Positions 26,856 through 35,999 of a stretch of 64,000 bases of DNA are shown in pieces. The position numbers and the translations under genes were made by a program. The DNA comes from Aggregatilineales bacterium. Lineage in GTDB: Bacteria > Chloroflexota > Anaerolineae > Aggregatilineales > J027. The stretch lies in the NCBI GenBank assembly GCA_965215855.1, contig CBDCER010000001.1, positions 17,531-81,530 on the forward strand, written 5' to 3'. The stretch's first letter is position 1. Each line of letters opens with the position of its first letter. The notes beneath the pieces are model-generated. The model was given only the letters and a program-made list of their open reading frames with translations. It had not been told where the DNA came from and searched no databases.

Positions 26856-28136
26856 ATGCAACGCCGAACTATGGTATTGTTTTTGGCGCTAATTATGGCG
26901 CTGACGATGGTATTCCCGGTGGCCGCCGCTTCGCAGCCAACGATTGAGGCTGAAGGTGTGCGCCAGGTGGAGGGCGAGACCATTCGTGTGGGAACGGACG
27001 CTGCTTATCCGCCATTTGAAGAAATTGATGAGGAAAGTGGCGATTTCGTGGGCTTCGACATTGATTTGATGGAGGCCATTGCTGAGGATGCCGGTTTCGA
27101 GATTGAGTGGATTAATGCGCCGTTTGATACGATCTTTACCGCGTTGTCGGAAGGCGAATTTGACGCCGTGATTTCGGCTTCGACGATTACTGAAGCACGC
27201 GAGGAAATTATTGATTTCTCGATTCCGTATTTTGTGGCAAGCCAGAGCATTTCGGTGTCGGTGGATATGGCAGAAGCCGTAGCCGGGCCAGATGATTTGT
27301 CTGGGCTGCGCGTGGGTGTGCAATTGGGAACCACTGGCGAGGCTTATGCACAAGAGTTGGAAGGCATTGAAATTTCTAGCTTCGACACCGCACCGCTGGC
27401 ATTTCAGGCGCTCGGTCAAGGCGATGTGGATGCGGTGATCGTTGATACACCGACCTCGGAAGAAATTATCGCCACTAACCCGGAACTAAACGTGATGATT
27501 GTAGGCGACCCGTTGACCGAGGAATTCTATGGCGTGGCTGTGCGCGAAGACTTCCCCGAATTGTTGGAAGCGATCAACATTTCGTTGGAAAACGTGATTG
27601 CCGATGGTACGTATGCTGAATTATATGGCAACTGGTTTGATACACCTGTGCCTTCCATGTTTGTGGTGGATGACATGGACGATGGTGATATGGGCGAGAT
27701 GGGCACGATTGCCGACCTGGCAGGCGAAATCCCCAATCTGAGCACATTGATTGTGGCAACAGATCTGGTTGGTCTGAGTGATATTCTGGCGGAAGAAGGC
27801 CCGATGACCATTTTTGCGCCGAGCGATGAGGTGTTTGATGCCAATCAGGATGTTGTGGGTATTCTGTTGAGTGACTTTGAGTTGACGACACGGACGCTGC
27901 AATATCACATTGTTGAGGGAGCGTACACGGTGGAAGACCTGATGGCGCTGGATGGCGAGACCCTGGTGTCGTTGGAAGGCACGGAACTGTCTGTCACAGT
28001 GGAGGATGGCACGGTGTACGTCAATGGCGCGATGATCGTTGAAGGCGATTTGATGGCTTCGAACGGTGTTGTGCATGTGATTGATGGGATTTTGTTGTTG
28101 CCGGAGACGATGGAAATGATGGGTGAGGGCGAGTAA
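26856..28136 (+). CDS. fusion: amino-acid ABC substrate-binding domain (family 3) + C-terminal fasciclin (FAS1) domain
   Basis: Signal peptide. IRVGTDAAYPPFE..GFDIDLM..VISASTIT (PBPb). Then MTIFAPSDEVF, LQYHIVEG, NGVVHVIDGILLLP (FAS1 H1/YH/H2 motifs). Confidence 0.8.
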   Translation: MQRRTMVLFLALIMALTMVFPVAAASQPTIEAEGVRQVEGETIRVGTDAAYPPFEEIDEESGDFVGFDIDLMEAIAEDAGFEIEWINAPFDTIFTALSEGEFDAVISASTITEAREEIIDFSIPYFVASQSISVSVDMAEAVAGPDDLSGLRVGVQLGTTGEAYAQELEGIEISSFDTAPLAFQALGQGDVDAVIVDTPTSEEIIATNPELNVMIVGDPLTEEFYGVAVREDFPELLEAINISLENVIADGTYAELYGNWFDTPVPSMFVVDDMDDGDMGEMGTIADLAGEIPNLSTLIVATDLVGLSDILAEEGPMTIFAPSDEVFDANQDVVGILLSDFELTTRTLQYHIVEGAYTVEDLMALDGETLVSLEGTELSVTVEDGTVYVNGAMIVEGDLMASNGVVHVIDGILLLPETMEMMGEGE

Positions 28137-28295
28137 GCGACCTCTGCGGACATTGCCTGGAAACTTAAAACGAATGGATGTGTGCGGAAACTGAGCATAT
28201 GACATTGGTTCTAGGTTTTTGATAGTGGGGGTACTTTGTAGTCTATAGCGCCCCTCTACAAGCGGGTACACTGTCTGCACTCTGAATAATATAGA

Positions 28296-28322
28296 CCGCC
28301 GGGTACACCCCCGGCGGTTTTT
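28296..28322 (+). terminator. intrinsic terminator
   Basis: CCGCCGGG-TACACC-CCCGGCGG followed by TTTTT. Confidence 0.7.
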
Positions 28323-28337
28323 GTAGGCCATTATCTT

Positions 28338-30389
28338 TTGAGAAAGAGCAATATTGTGAGCGAGCCACCTAACGAGCAGGAAAAACCCCCTGTCTTTGAA
28401 CAACCAGTGGGCATGTGGCATCGGTTGATTTATTTGGCATCGGGGTCACCCTGGTGGGCAATATTTTTGATATTGGGGATTGTGGCACTGGCTTATAGCA
28501 TGTACAGCGACCCCACGAAACGCGATGTTTTGAGCTTTCTGGCAGATCGGCCCGCCGTTACCACTGACGAAAAATATGATGTTACTTATGACATCAAACT
28601 CGATGTGTTGTTGGTGCAAGAAACGGTTAGGGTCAAAGACCCTAACGACTTTAACCCTATCCCTGGCCGAATTACGATACTGGGAGAGGATGTCGTCGTG
28701 CGGGAGGAGAACGCGATATGGCAATGCCCAGAAAATGCGCCGGAGGACTGTCTGGAACAACGTGGGACCGTCATCACCTATCGGGACTATGATGTGCCAG
28801 CAGGCCAGGAGCCAGATGACTATGTGACGTTGGAAGGGTTGGTTATCCCTGACACTGAAAATGTGTTTGGGATGGATGTGAAGTTGCCTAATGGGGAAAT
28901 TGTGTCCATCTTCACGACCTGGATCACAGATGAGCGCGAAGGCACACTGGCCTGTAACCGGCTGATTGATCCTGATTGTGAAACATTGGTGGGGCGACTG
29001 GTTACCTTCGAGCGTTCCTACATTGCCAGTCAAGCGCTTGAAGTGCGCTCGGATGCACTGATTCGATATACCGAAGATGGATATGAAGACGAGATTCGCT
29101 CGTTCTTCATTGAGGAGCGTCGCGAGGAGATGCTGGCTTGTGAGGAAGGCGCCCCGCCGGATTGCGAGGCGCTTCCGATCACAGTTGTTACCATCACTGA
29201 GAAAATCACCGGTGTTGAAATCGGCGGTACGGATGACTATGTTGAAGTCCGGACAGTGGAACAGCAGACGGTGGAAGTGGCGCGAGACCAGATCATCAGT
29301 ATGGAAACTGGTCTGGTGGAATGTGATCAAGATGCCGATAGCCGTTGTCAGGATTTTGAGGGGACGCTGGTACGGGTTAAGGGCGAGGTGCTGGCAGGAC
29401 ATTTAACGTTGGAAAATGCCACGCACTATTATGTGCAATTCGCTGGCCGGGAAGAACCAATCCGTTATAATCGCCAGGACATCGTGAGCGAAGAGCGCAG
29501 TCCAGAACAATGTGAGGCTACGGACCAGGATCCGCCTTGTCAGATTACACTAACGTTGGAAGAACGGACCATCGGCGGGCGTATCAGGGATACCGATACG
29601 GGCATTGTCATTGAAACTGTGCCAGAAAAAATAATCCGGATTAATCACGACGACATCGTGAATACCTCGCGGCGTGTGCCAGCTAGTTGTGCCTTGAACA
29701 ATCTGCGGGCCTGTAACGAGGGTATCTGGCTGACGTGGTTCGTGACATTGGTGGCGTATAGTTTTGCGTTGGTGATTGGGTTGGTGTTTGGCATCATGCG
29801 TGTCTCGTCGAACCCCATCTTTTATCACCTTTCAACAGTCTATGTCGAATTGGTACGTGGTATTCCGCTGCTGGTTATTTTGCTGTATTCGGCGTTTGTG
29901 ATCGCCCCGACTATTCGGGATGCTGGCGGCATTATTGGAGATACTTGGGAGAGTCTGAACAGTATCGAAAAGCAGATATTGGGGACAGACCTGTTTCTGA
30001 TTGAGGCATTGTTGGGACTGTCGATTGGGTATGGCGCGTTTCTGTCGGAGGTGTTCCGGGCCGGTATTCAGTCGATTTCACGCGGGCAGATGGAAGCCGC
30101 CCGCAGTCTGGGTATGAACTATTTTCAGGCGATGCGGTATATCATTTTGCCGCAGGCGGTACGTGTTGTGCTGCCGCCATTGGGTAACAATTTCATTGCC
30201 ATGCTGAAAGATACATCGCTGATTGCGATATTGGCTTTGCCGGAATTGTTGCAACGAGGACGCTTCTATGCCAGCGCGACATTCCAGGTGATTTTGGTCT
30301 ATACGGCGGTGGCATTGTACTATGTGATTATGACGTTGGTATTATCGATGTTGGTGCGATTGATCGAACGCTGGTCGCGTTTGCCATAA
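28338..30389 (+). CDS. amino-acid ABC permease (HisM/GlnP type) with a ~470-aa N-terminal extracytoplasmic Cys-pair repeat domain
   Basis: C-terminal 200 aa: VELVRGIPLLVILL..GQMEAARSLGM..LPPLGNNFIAMLKDTSL. The N-terminal domain has six CX7-8C motifs. Start codon is uncertain (TTG 28338, GTG 28355 or a downstream ATG). Confidence 0.8.
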   Translation: MRKSNIVSEPPNEQEKPPVFEQPVGMWHRLIYLASGSPWWAIFLILGIVALAYSMYSDPTKRDVLSFLADRPAVTTDEKYDVTYDIKLDVLLVQETVRVKDPNDFNPIPGRITILGEDVVVREENAIWQCPENAPEDCLEQRGTVITYRDYDVPAGQEPDDYVTLEGLVIPDTENVFGMDVKLPNGEIVSIFTTWITDEREGTLACNRLIDPDCETLVGRLVTFERSYIASQALEVRSDALIRYTEDGYEDEIRSFFIEERREEMLACEEGAPPDCEALPITVVTITEKITGVEIGGTDDYVEVRTVEQQTVEVARDQIISMETGLVECDQDADSRCQDFEGTLVRVKGEVLAGHLTLENATHYYVQFAGREEPIRYNRQDIVSEERSPEQCEATDQDPPCQITLTLEERTIGGRIRDTDTGIVIETVPEKIIRINHDDIVNTSRRVPASCALNNLRACNEGIWLTWFVTLVAYSFALVIGLVFGIMRVSSNPIFYHLSTVYVELVRGIPLLVILLYSAFVIAPTIRDAGGIIGDTWESLNSIEKQILGTDLFLIEALLGLSIGYGAFLSEVFRAGIQSISRGQMEAARSLGMNYFQAMRYIILPQAVRVVLPPLGNNFIAMLKDTSLIAILALPELLQRGRFYASATFQVILVYTAVALYYVIMTLVLSMLVRLIERWSRLP

Positions 30390-30403
30390 TCAGGGGATGA
30401 GAG

Positions 30404-31162
30404 ATGTCAAATAAAGCAAAAAACGTGCCGATTATCGAGATTCGGAATATCCACAAGCGATTTCGCACGTCGCGAGGGATTGTGCATGCCTTGAACGATG
30501 TGTCGCTGGATGTGGGAAGCGGCGAAGTGGTGACGGTGATCGGGCCGAGCGGGTCGGGCAAGAGTACATTGCTGCGCTGTATCAACCGGTTGGAGACGTT
30601 CGATAGTGGCTCGATTGTGGTGGACGGCATTCCGTTGCAGGGAGCCAGGAATATTAACCGTGTGCGGGCTGAAGTGGGCATGGTTTTCCAGAGCTTCAAT
30701 TTGTTTCCGCACAAGAGCGTGTTAGAGAACATTACGCTGGCGCAGAAGGTTGTGCGGAAGCGGAAGAAGGGCGCTTCGGCGGAAAAGGCACGGATGTTGT
30801 TGGAGAAGGTGGGGATTCCTGAAAAAGAGGATTCTTATCCGAGCCAGTTGTCGGGGGGGCAACAGCAGCGGGTGGCGATTGCGCGGGCGTTGGCGATGGA
30901 CCCCAAGATCATGCTGTTTGATGAACCGACGTCGGCGCTTGATCCAGAGATGATTAATGAAGTGCTGGACGTGATGCTGGAGTTGGCCCAGGAAGGTATG
31001 ACGATGGTGGTGGTGTCGCATGAGATGGGCTTTGCGCGGGCGGCATCGGATCGGACGATATTTATGGACGAAGGTAGTATTGTTGAGGTGAACGATCCTG
31101 AGAGTTTATTTAGTAATCCGCAACACGAACGGACGGTGAAGTTTTTGAGTAAGATTTTGTGA
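30404..31162 (+). CDS. amino-acid ABC transporter ATP-binding protein
   Basis: [34 protein letters not shown]. Confidence 0.93.
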   Translation: MSNKAKNVPIIEIRNIHKRFRTSRGIVHALNDVSLDVGSGEVVTVIGPSGSGKSTLLRCINRLETFDSGSIVVDGIPLQGARNINRVRAEVGMVFQSFNLFPHKSVLENITLAQKVVRKRKKGASAEKARMLLEKVGIPEKEDSYPSQLSGGQQQRVAIARALAMDPKIMLFDEPTSALDPEMINEVLDVMLELAQEGMTMVVVSHEMGFARAASDRTIFMDEGSIVEVNDPESLFSNPQHERTVKFLSKIL

Positions 31163-31191
31163 GAATGCGGCGTGCCGTCGAACGCTCGATA

Positions 31192-31509
31192 TTATTCTGC
31201 TGGAGGATGGCTGGAATAAGGCTGGATGGTCGCCAGTTCGGCGGCCTCTGTTTTTTGAGCATGGTATAAATCCCAGCGGAGTTGTAGATTCAGCCAGAAA
31301 TCGGGGGTTGTACCGAAGTATTTCGATAGGCGTAGTGCGAGACCAGGGGTCAGGCGATGATTGTGGTTCAGCAGGCCGTCGATTTGGTCTTCGGGTAAGT
31401 GAATGGCTTCAGCCAACTGGCGGGGAGAAATGCCTATTGGGAGGAGGAATTCTTCTCGCAACATGTCACTGGGATGCGTTGGTTCGCGGTGGGTGGGTAG
31501 TCGTACCAT
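31192..31509 (-). CDS. higA: HigA-family antitoxin (XRE HTH)
   Basis: HPSDMLREEFL.P.GIS..QLAEAI......I..LL......TP..ALRLSKYFGTTPDFWLNLQ. Confidence 0.8.
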   Translation of the reverse strand: MVRLPTHREPTHPSDMLREEFLLPIGISPRQLAEAIHLPEDQIDGLLNHNHRLTPGLALRLSKYFGTTPDFWLNLQLRWDLYHAQKTEAAELATIQPYSSHPPAE

Positions 31510-31533
31510 GATTGAGCTTTCTTTCACCTATCA

Positions 31534-31827
31534 CTAATGGTAATCTACAATTTCCACGCTATCAGGGCCGGATTCGGTCCAGACGAAGCAAATACGATAC
31601 TGGTTGTTGATGCGGATGCTATATTGGCCTTCCCGATCCCCTCTTAGCATTTCCAACCGATTGCCCGGTGGGATGCGCAGATCAGTCAGTTCTCTGGCTG
31701 AATCCAAAAGATCCATTTTGCGGCCAGCAACCTTCCAAAGTTGAGGAGGGCATATACGTCTGGCAGCTTTGGTGTTTCTGCCGTTGAAGACATCTTCGGT
31801 TCCGGCGTTTTGAAACGACTGGATCAT
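31534..31827 (-). CDS. higB: HigB-family toxin (RelE/ParE superfamily)
   Basis: MIQSFQNAGTEDVFNG..LDSA....DLRIPPGNRLE.L.GDREGQYSIRIN.QYRICF.W. The toxin gene precedes the antitoxin gene. Confidence 0.8.
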   Translation of the reverse strand: MIQSFQNAGTEDVFNGRNTKAARRICPPQLWKVAGRKMDLLDSARELTDLRIPPGNRLEMLRGDREGQYSIRINNQYRICFVWTESGPDSVEIVDYH

Positions 31828-31871
31828 AACATTTATCATAGCACAAACCGCGTCGCTCAGAATTCGAGGGG

Positions 31872-31881
31872 ACAATACCAG
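31872..31881. repeat. target-site duplication ACAATACCAG (left)
   Basis: Identical 10-mer directly abuts both IS ends. Confidence 0.8.
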
Positions 31882-33099
31882 TAGGGCAATCGCATATGAA
31901 GTCTTTAGGGACAGACAACTTTGCGTAAATAATCATTATCCCAGCCTGCCATTTTGCGTTTGGCGGCAATGCCGACGTTAACCGAGGTTTCTTGTTTGAG
32001 CAAGTTTAGGGCTAGATGGCGAAGAACAGCCATGTTTTGTGGCCCATGATCTTTGCGAATACGCGATTCATCTTCACGAAAGGCAATGTCGAGAACCCAG
32101 TGTAAGCCATTCTCAATTTGCCAATGCTCACGAATGGCTTCCAAGAAATCTTGAGCAGCTGCTTGCCAACTGCTGATGAAATATCGGTCTGAGGTCTCAG
32201 TTTTCTGCGGCGTAACGCGGACTGTCACTAATTTGACGAGCGTGTTCAATTTTTTCCAGGCCAAACCCCGCCGTAAGTAATGACGATGTTCAGGTTCAGA
32301 GACGATCCAGACTTGCCGAAACTCCTGACGATCATGGCCGGTGCTTTCGCGCTGGGCGGTCTGATAGACGACATCTTGATAATGCTCAAACTCAAACCCC
32401 TCGAATAGCATCTGCAAGTCTTCATACAGGGTTCCCTGGTTCTTTTTCACCGCCAGAATATAGTCAGCTTGCGCCTCGACAATTTGCTCGGCAATCTCGG
32501 TTTGGGTGTTGAGCGCGTCCAATGTAACCACACAGCCCGTGATGTCCAGTTGAGCCAATAGCGCCGGGATGGCGGTGATTTCATTGGATTTGTCATTGAC
32601 CTTCTTTTGTCCCAGCACTAGCCGGTTCTCACTGACCCAGGCACTCACCATCCAAATACCTTCCCGACCCTTGCGGCGATCCTGACTCCGTCGCAGTTTC
32701 TTACCATCCACGGCCACCAGTTGTTCCTGACTACGTTTGCACAAACTGGCTGTCCATTTCACAAAACTTGCTTGGAATGCGCTTTCATCCAGCCAGCGGA
32801 AAAAGCGCCCAAAGGTGTCATGCGAGGGAATGCCCTTCTCCAAATCTAGAAAACCACCTAACCATTCTTGCTTGGCTTTTCCATAACGTTCTACATCTGT
32901 CCATCCATCAGCCCCACAGATTACCGCTAAGATAGATATCGTTACGATATTGACCAGCGGATGCGTGATATTCACTCCTGTTCGTGGGTCTTCCAGATCC
33001 GAAAAGTAGGACATGATACTGGTTTCAGAAAACATGGCAGCACCTTTTTGGCTACCATTTTCCTTCATTAAGGATTAAGATTCCATATGCGATCGCCCT
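31882..33099 (-). mobile_element. ISAs1-family insertion sequence (1218 bp)
   Basis: Imperfect terminal inverted repeats TAGGGCAATCGCATATGAAGTCTT / TAGGGCGATCGCATATGGAATCTT (about 22 of 26 match). Single transposase ORF and a flanking 10-bp direct repeat. Confidence 0.85.
31905..33068 (-). CDS. ISAs1-family (H-repeat-associated) DDE transposase
   Basis: F..L.DPR......H.L..I..I...AV.CGA.GW..........K..WL..FL.L..GIPSHDTF.R.F N-terminal signature plus a DDE_Tnp_1-like C-terminus. Confidence 0.85.
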   Translation of the reverse strand: MKENGSQKGAAMFSETSIMSYFSDLEDPRTGVNITHPLVNIVTISILAVICGADGWTDVERYGKAKQEWLGGFLDLEKGIPSHDTFGRFFRWLDESAFQASFVKWTASLCKRSQEQLVAVDGKKLRRSQDRRKGREGIWMVSAWVSENRLVLGQKKVNDKSNEITAIPALLAQLDITGCVVTLDALNTQTEIAEQIVEAQADYILAVKKNQGTLYEDLQMLFEGFEFEHYQDVVYQTAQRESTGHDRQEFRQVWIVSEPEHRHYLRRGLAWKKLNTLVKLVTVRVTPQKTETSDRYFISSWQAAAQDFLEAIREHWQIENGLHWVLDIAFREDESRIRKDHGPQNMAVLRHLALNLLKQETSVNVGIAAKRKMAGWDNDYLRKVVCP

Positions 33100-33109
33100 A
33101 ACAATACCA
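33100..33109. repeat. target-site duplication ACAATACCAG (right)
   Basis: See 31872-31881. Confidence 0.8.
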
Positions 33110-33136
33110 GATGCCTCAAATATTGCATTAGAGCGC

Positions 33137-33880
33137 TCATTTTGTTGAGTTGGGTGAAATATCATCTAGCGTGGGTTGGTAGTTGCCTTCGACCCATTGG
33201 CTGCTGTCGGCGCTGATTTCTTTTTTCCAGATAGGGACAATTTCTTTTAGACGATCGATGCCATAGCGGGCGGCTTCAAAGCACCCCTGGTCGCGGTGAC
33301 CAGACGAGCAGGCGATGAGAATGGTGGGTTCGCCTACGTTGAGCGTGCCAATGCGTTGCACGATGGCGATGCCTTGCACCAGCGGCCATTGCTCGCGGAT
33401 TTCGGCGGCAACCTGCCGCATTTTAGCTTCGGCCATCGGTGCATAGGCCTCATATTCCAATCGTAGCGTGTTGATGGTTGCGCCGTCTTTGCTGGTTTTG
33501 CCGCGTACATAGCCGCTGAACAATGCCACTGCGCCGGTCGCCGGAATCACGATTTGGGCTGTCAGGTTGTTGAGGTCGATGGGCTGTTCGGCCAGCAGGA
33601 AGATCTCTGGCCCCTGACTGCCGCCGGACACCGGTGGGAAAAATGCGACTTCGTCATGGTTGGCAATGGGGTGGCCGGGAAATACATACTCTTGATTGAC
33701 AGCGGCCAGAGCGTGTGGCAAGGCGTCGTGCAGGGCTGGAAACTGTGCGATGAGTTGTTGACGAACGTCGTCAATTGTGCTGGTGGTGGGTAGTTGAAGC
33801 GAGAGATGGTTTGTCCCGGCTAGGTCTTTCAACGTGGCGAAGAACTTCACGGTGATGGCGATAGTGTGTGATTCAGTCAA
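33137..33880 (-). CDS. moaDE: molybdopterin synthase MoaD-MoaE fusion
   Basis: N-terminal ThiS/MoaD fold ending in FFPPVSGG, continuing in frame into a MoaE-like domain (GAVALFSGYVR...VPIWKKE). Confidence 0.8.
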   Translation of the reverse strand: MTESHTIAITVKFFATLKDLAGTNHLSLQLPTTSTIDDVRQQLIAQFPALHDALPHALAAVNQEYVFPGHPIANHDEVAFFPPVSGGSQGPEIFLLAEQPIDLNNLTAQIVIPATGAVALFSGYVRGKTSKDGATINTLRLEYEAYAPMAEAKMRQVAAEIREQWPLVQGIAIVQRIGTLNVGEPTILIACSSGHRDQGCFEAARYGIDRLKEIVPIWKKEISADSSQWVEGNYQPTLDDISPNSTK

Positions 33881-33891
33881 CAGAATACCCT

Positions 33892-34401
33892 CTAGGGTTG
33901 TTCGGCGCGATAGTGTCCACTTTGGCCGCCGGATTTTTCGAGCAGGCGAATGCCCTCCAGCCGCATCTCACGATCCATGGCTTTTGCCATATCGTAGACG
34001 GTCAGGGCAGCTACACTGACGGCAGTTAAGGCTTCCATTTCCACGCCGGTTTTGCCAGTGGTGCGGGCTGTGGCTTGGATAATAACGGCATGGGCGTCGG
34101 CATCCAGTGTAAAACTCAGGTCAATATGCGTGAGGGGCAGGGGATGGCAAAGGGGAATGAGGTCGGCAGTATGCTTGGCGGCCATGATACCTGCAATGCG
34201 GGCGACGGTAATCACATCTCCTTTTTTGATATTGCCATCGCGCACGGCAGCAAACGTGTGTTCGTTCATCAAGACACGCCCTTGGGCTATGGCTGTCCGT
34301 TCGGTGTCGGGTTTATGACCGACATCGACCATGCGGGCTGTGCCCTGGGCATCCAGATGCGTCAGGTTATTCTTTGGCTTTGGGTTCAAAGGGTGTGACA
34401 T
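33892..34401 (-). CDS. moaC: cyclic pyranopterin monophosphate synthase
   Basis: [35 protein letters not shown]. Start is at 34401 or 34416, and both overlap the upstream FHA gene. Confidence 0.9.
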   Translation of the reverse strand: MSHPLNPKPKNNLTHLDAQGTARMVDVGHKPDTERTAIAQGRVLMNEHTFAAVRDGNIKKGDVITVARIAGIMAAKHTADLIPLCHPLPLTHIDLSFTLDADAHAVIIQATARTTGKTGVEMEALTAVSVAALTVYDMAKAMDREMRLEGIRLLEKSGGQSGHYRAEQP

Positions 34402-34885
34402 CCTCAAAGGTGGCACGCATAACCAGGCGGCCTAAGCGTAGCTCATCGCCATCGCGCAAAATACGCGGTTCGTTGGGGATGATGTGCTGGCCGTTGAGAT
34501 AGGTGTGGTTTGCGCTGCCCAGATCGATAAGAACGATGGTGTCGTTTTGCTGTCGTAGCAAGGCATGTCGCCGTGAAACGCCAGCATCTAATCCACCGTA
34601 TGGGTTAAGGTCAACTTCGGGGGAAGAGTCGCCATGAGAACGACCGATGACCATATCGGGTTTTTCGAAGATGACACGGAGCGGTTTGCTATGTCCGCGA
34701 ATATTAAAAATGACGGCGGTCTTGCTATCGAAACGCGCCGTGCCCCAGCGTCGCTTCGGGATGACCGGGGTTTCATCTTTTTGATTGAACACCCTGGTGC
34801 TGACTACTGTTGTCAGTGGCAGCCCACAACGATAGCAATGGACATCAGTTTCTTTATTGGTGGCTCCACATTGTGGACATTCCAT
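34367..34885 (-). CDS. zinc-ribbon + FHA domain protein
   Basis: CPQCG..CYRCG, then IGRS......VDL.......VSRRHA.L......I.L.DLGS.N.TYLNG..I. Confidence 0.8.
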   Translation of the reverse strand: MECPQCGATNKETDVHCYRCGLPLTTVVSTRVFNQKDETPVIPKRRWGTARFDSKTAVIFNIRGHSKPLRVIFEKPDMVIGRSHGDSSPEVDLNPYGGLDAGVSRRHALLRQQNDTIVLIDLGSANHTYLNGQHIIPNEPRILRDGDELRLGRLVMRATFEDVTPFEPKAKE

Positions 34886-35061
34886 TGTCCAATGACCCCT
34901 TTAGCTTGAAGTGATTTCTTTGAATATAACGCATGGTTCTTTTCGCTGGCAAGTTTGTGCTATATATTTGGTCGGCTTTGCGGCATAATGATGTTCCACG
35001 TTCCACGTGAATATCATGATATACTTCAACCGAGATATATTCAAGACAAGTTGAGGACAAA

Positions 35062-35979
35062 GTGGGTTCTTTACGTAAAGGATTAGCCAAAACACGCAGC
35101 TCGTTTTTTGGACGCATTGCACAGGCATTGGGCCGGACGGCCATTACTGACGATACCTGGGATGATATTGAGGCCATGTTTTTGCAGGCTGATGTGGGAG
35201 TTCCAACGACCCTAGTGTTGTTGGAGCGTTTGCAGGCGCGTGTCCGCAAAGAAGGCATCAAGCAGACAGATCAGCTTAACGACGCGATTAAAGCGGAGTT
35301 GCGCGAGTTGCTCTCAATGCCAACACCGCTGAACATCAGTGGGCGTTTACTATCCGTCGTCATGATTGTGGGGGTGAATGGGTCGGGTAAAACCACGACT
35401 ATCGGCAAGCTGGCGCGACGTATGCAGTTGAATAATCGCAAGACCATCATCGCGGCTGGGGACACTTTTCGGGCGGCAGCCATTGACCAGCTAAAAATCT
35501 GGGGCGAACGGGCCAATGTACCAGTCATTGCTGGAGAGCCTGGCATGGATCCTGGTGCGGTAGTTTACGATTCAGTTGAGGCGGCGCGTGCCCGTGAAGC
35601 TGAAATCTTAATTGTCGATACGGCAGGACGCCTGCATTCTAATTACAATTTGATGCAGGAACTTCGCAAGGTGCGGAATGTCATCAACAAAGTTGTTGAC
35701 GATGCGCCGCACGAGATATTGTTGGTGTTGGATGGAACCACCGGCCAAAATGCACTAAATCAGGCAAAGAAATTCCAAGAATTCGTTGATGTGACGGGCG
35801 TGATTATTACGAAACTGGATAGTACAGCCAAAGGTGGCATGTTGTTTGCGATCCAGCAAGAACTGAGCTTGCCGGTTCATTATGTTGGCATCGGCGAATC
35901 GATTTATGATTTGATTGCGTTTGACCCGGATCGCTTCATTGATGATCTCTTTGAAGACCAGAACGGCGAAGACGATTAA
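35062..35979 (+). CDS. ftsY: signal recognition particle receptor
   Basis: [35 protein letters not shown] start. Confidence 0.92.
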   Translation: MGSLRKGLAKTRSSFFGRIAQALGRTAITDDTWDDIEAMFLQADVGVPTTLVLLERLQARVRKEGIKQTDQLNDAIKAELRELLSMPTPLNISGRLLSVVMIVGVNGSGKTTTIGKLARRMQLNNRKTIIAAGDTFRAAAIDQLKIWGERANVPVIAGEPGMDPGAVVYDSVEAARAREAEILIVDTAGRLHSNYNLMQELRKVRNVINKVVDDAPHEILLVLDGTTGQNALNQAKKFQEFVDVTGVIITKLDSTAKGGMLFAIQQELSLPVHYVGIGESIYDLIAFDPDRFIDDLFEDQNGEDD

Positions 35980-35999
35980 CCGCTAAAGGAGCATAACTC

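Noticed and set aside
27621-29402. Long minus-strand ORFs (266 aa and 318 aa)
   Set aside because: They are antisense to the SBP-FAS1 and permease genes and have His/Arg/Ile-rich shadow composition.
34886-35061. Possible Moco riboswitch upstream of the FHA-moaC-moaDE operon
   Set aside because: I could not recognise the conserved Moco-motif helices or loops by eye. A covariance-model scan would be needed, so no claim is made.
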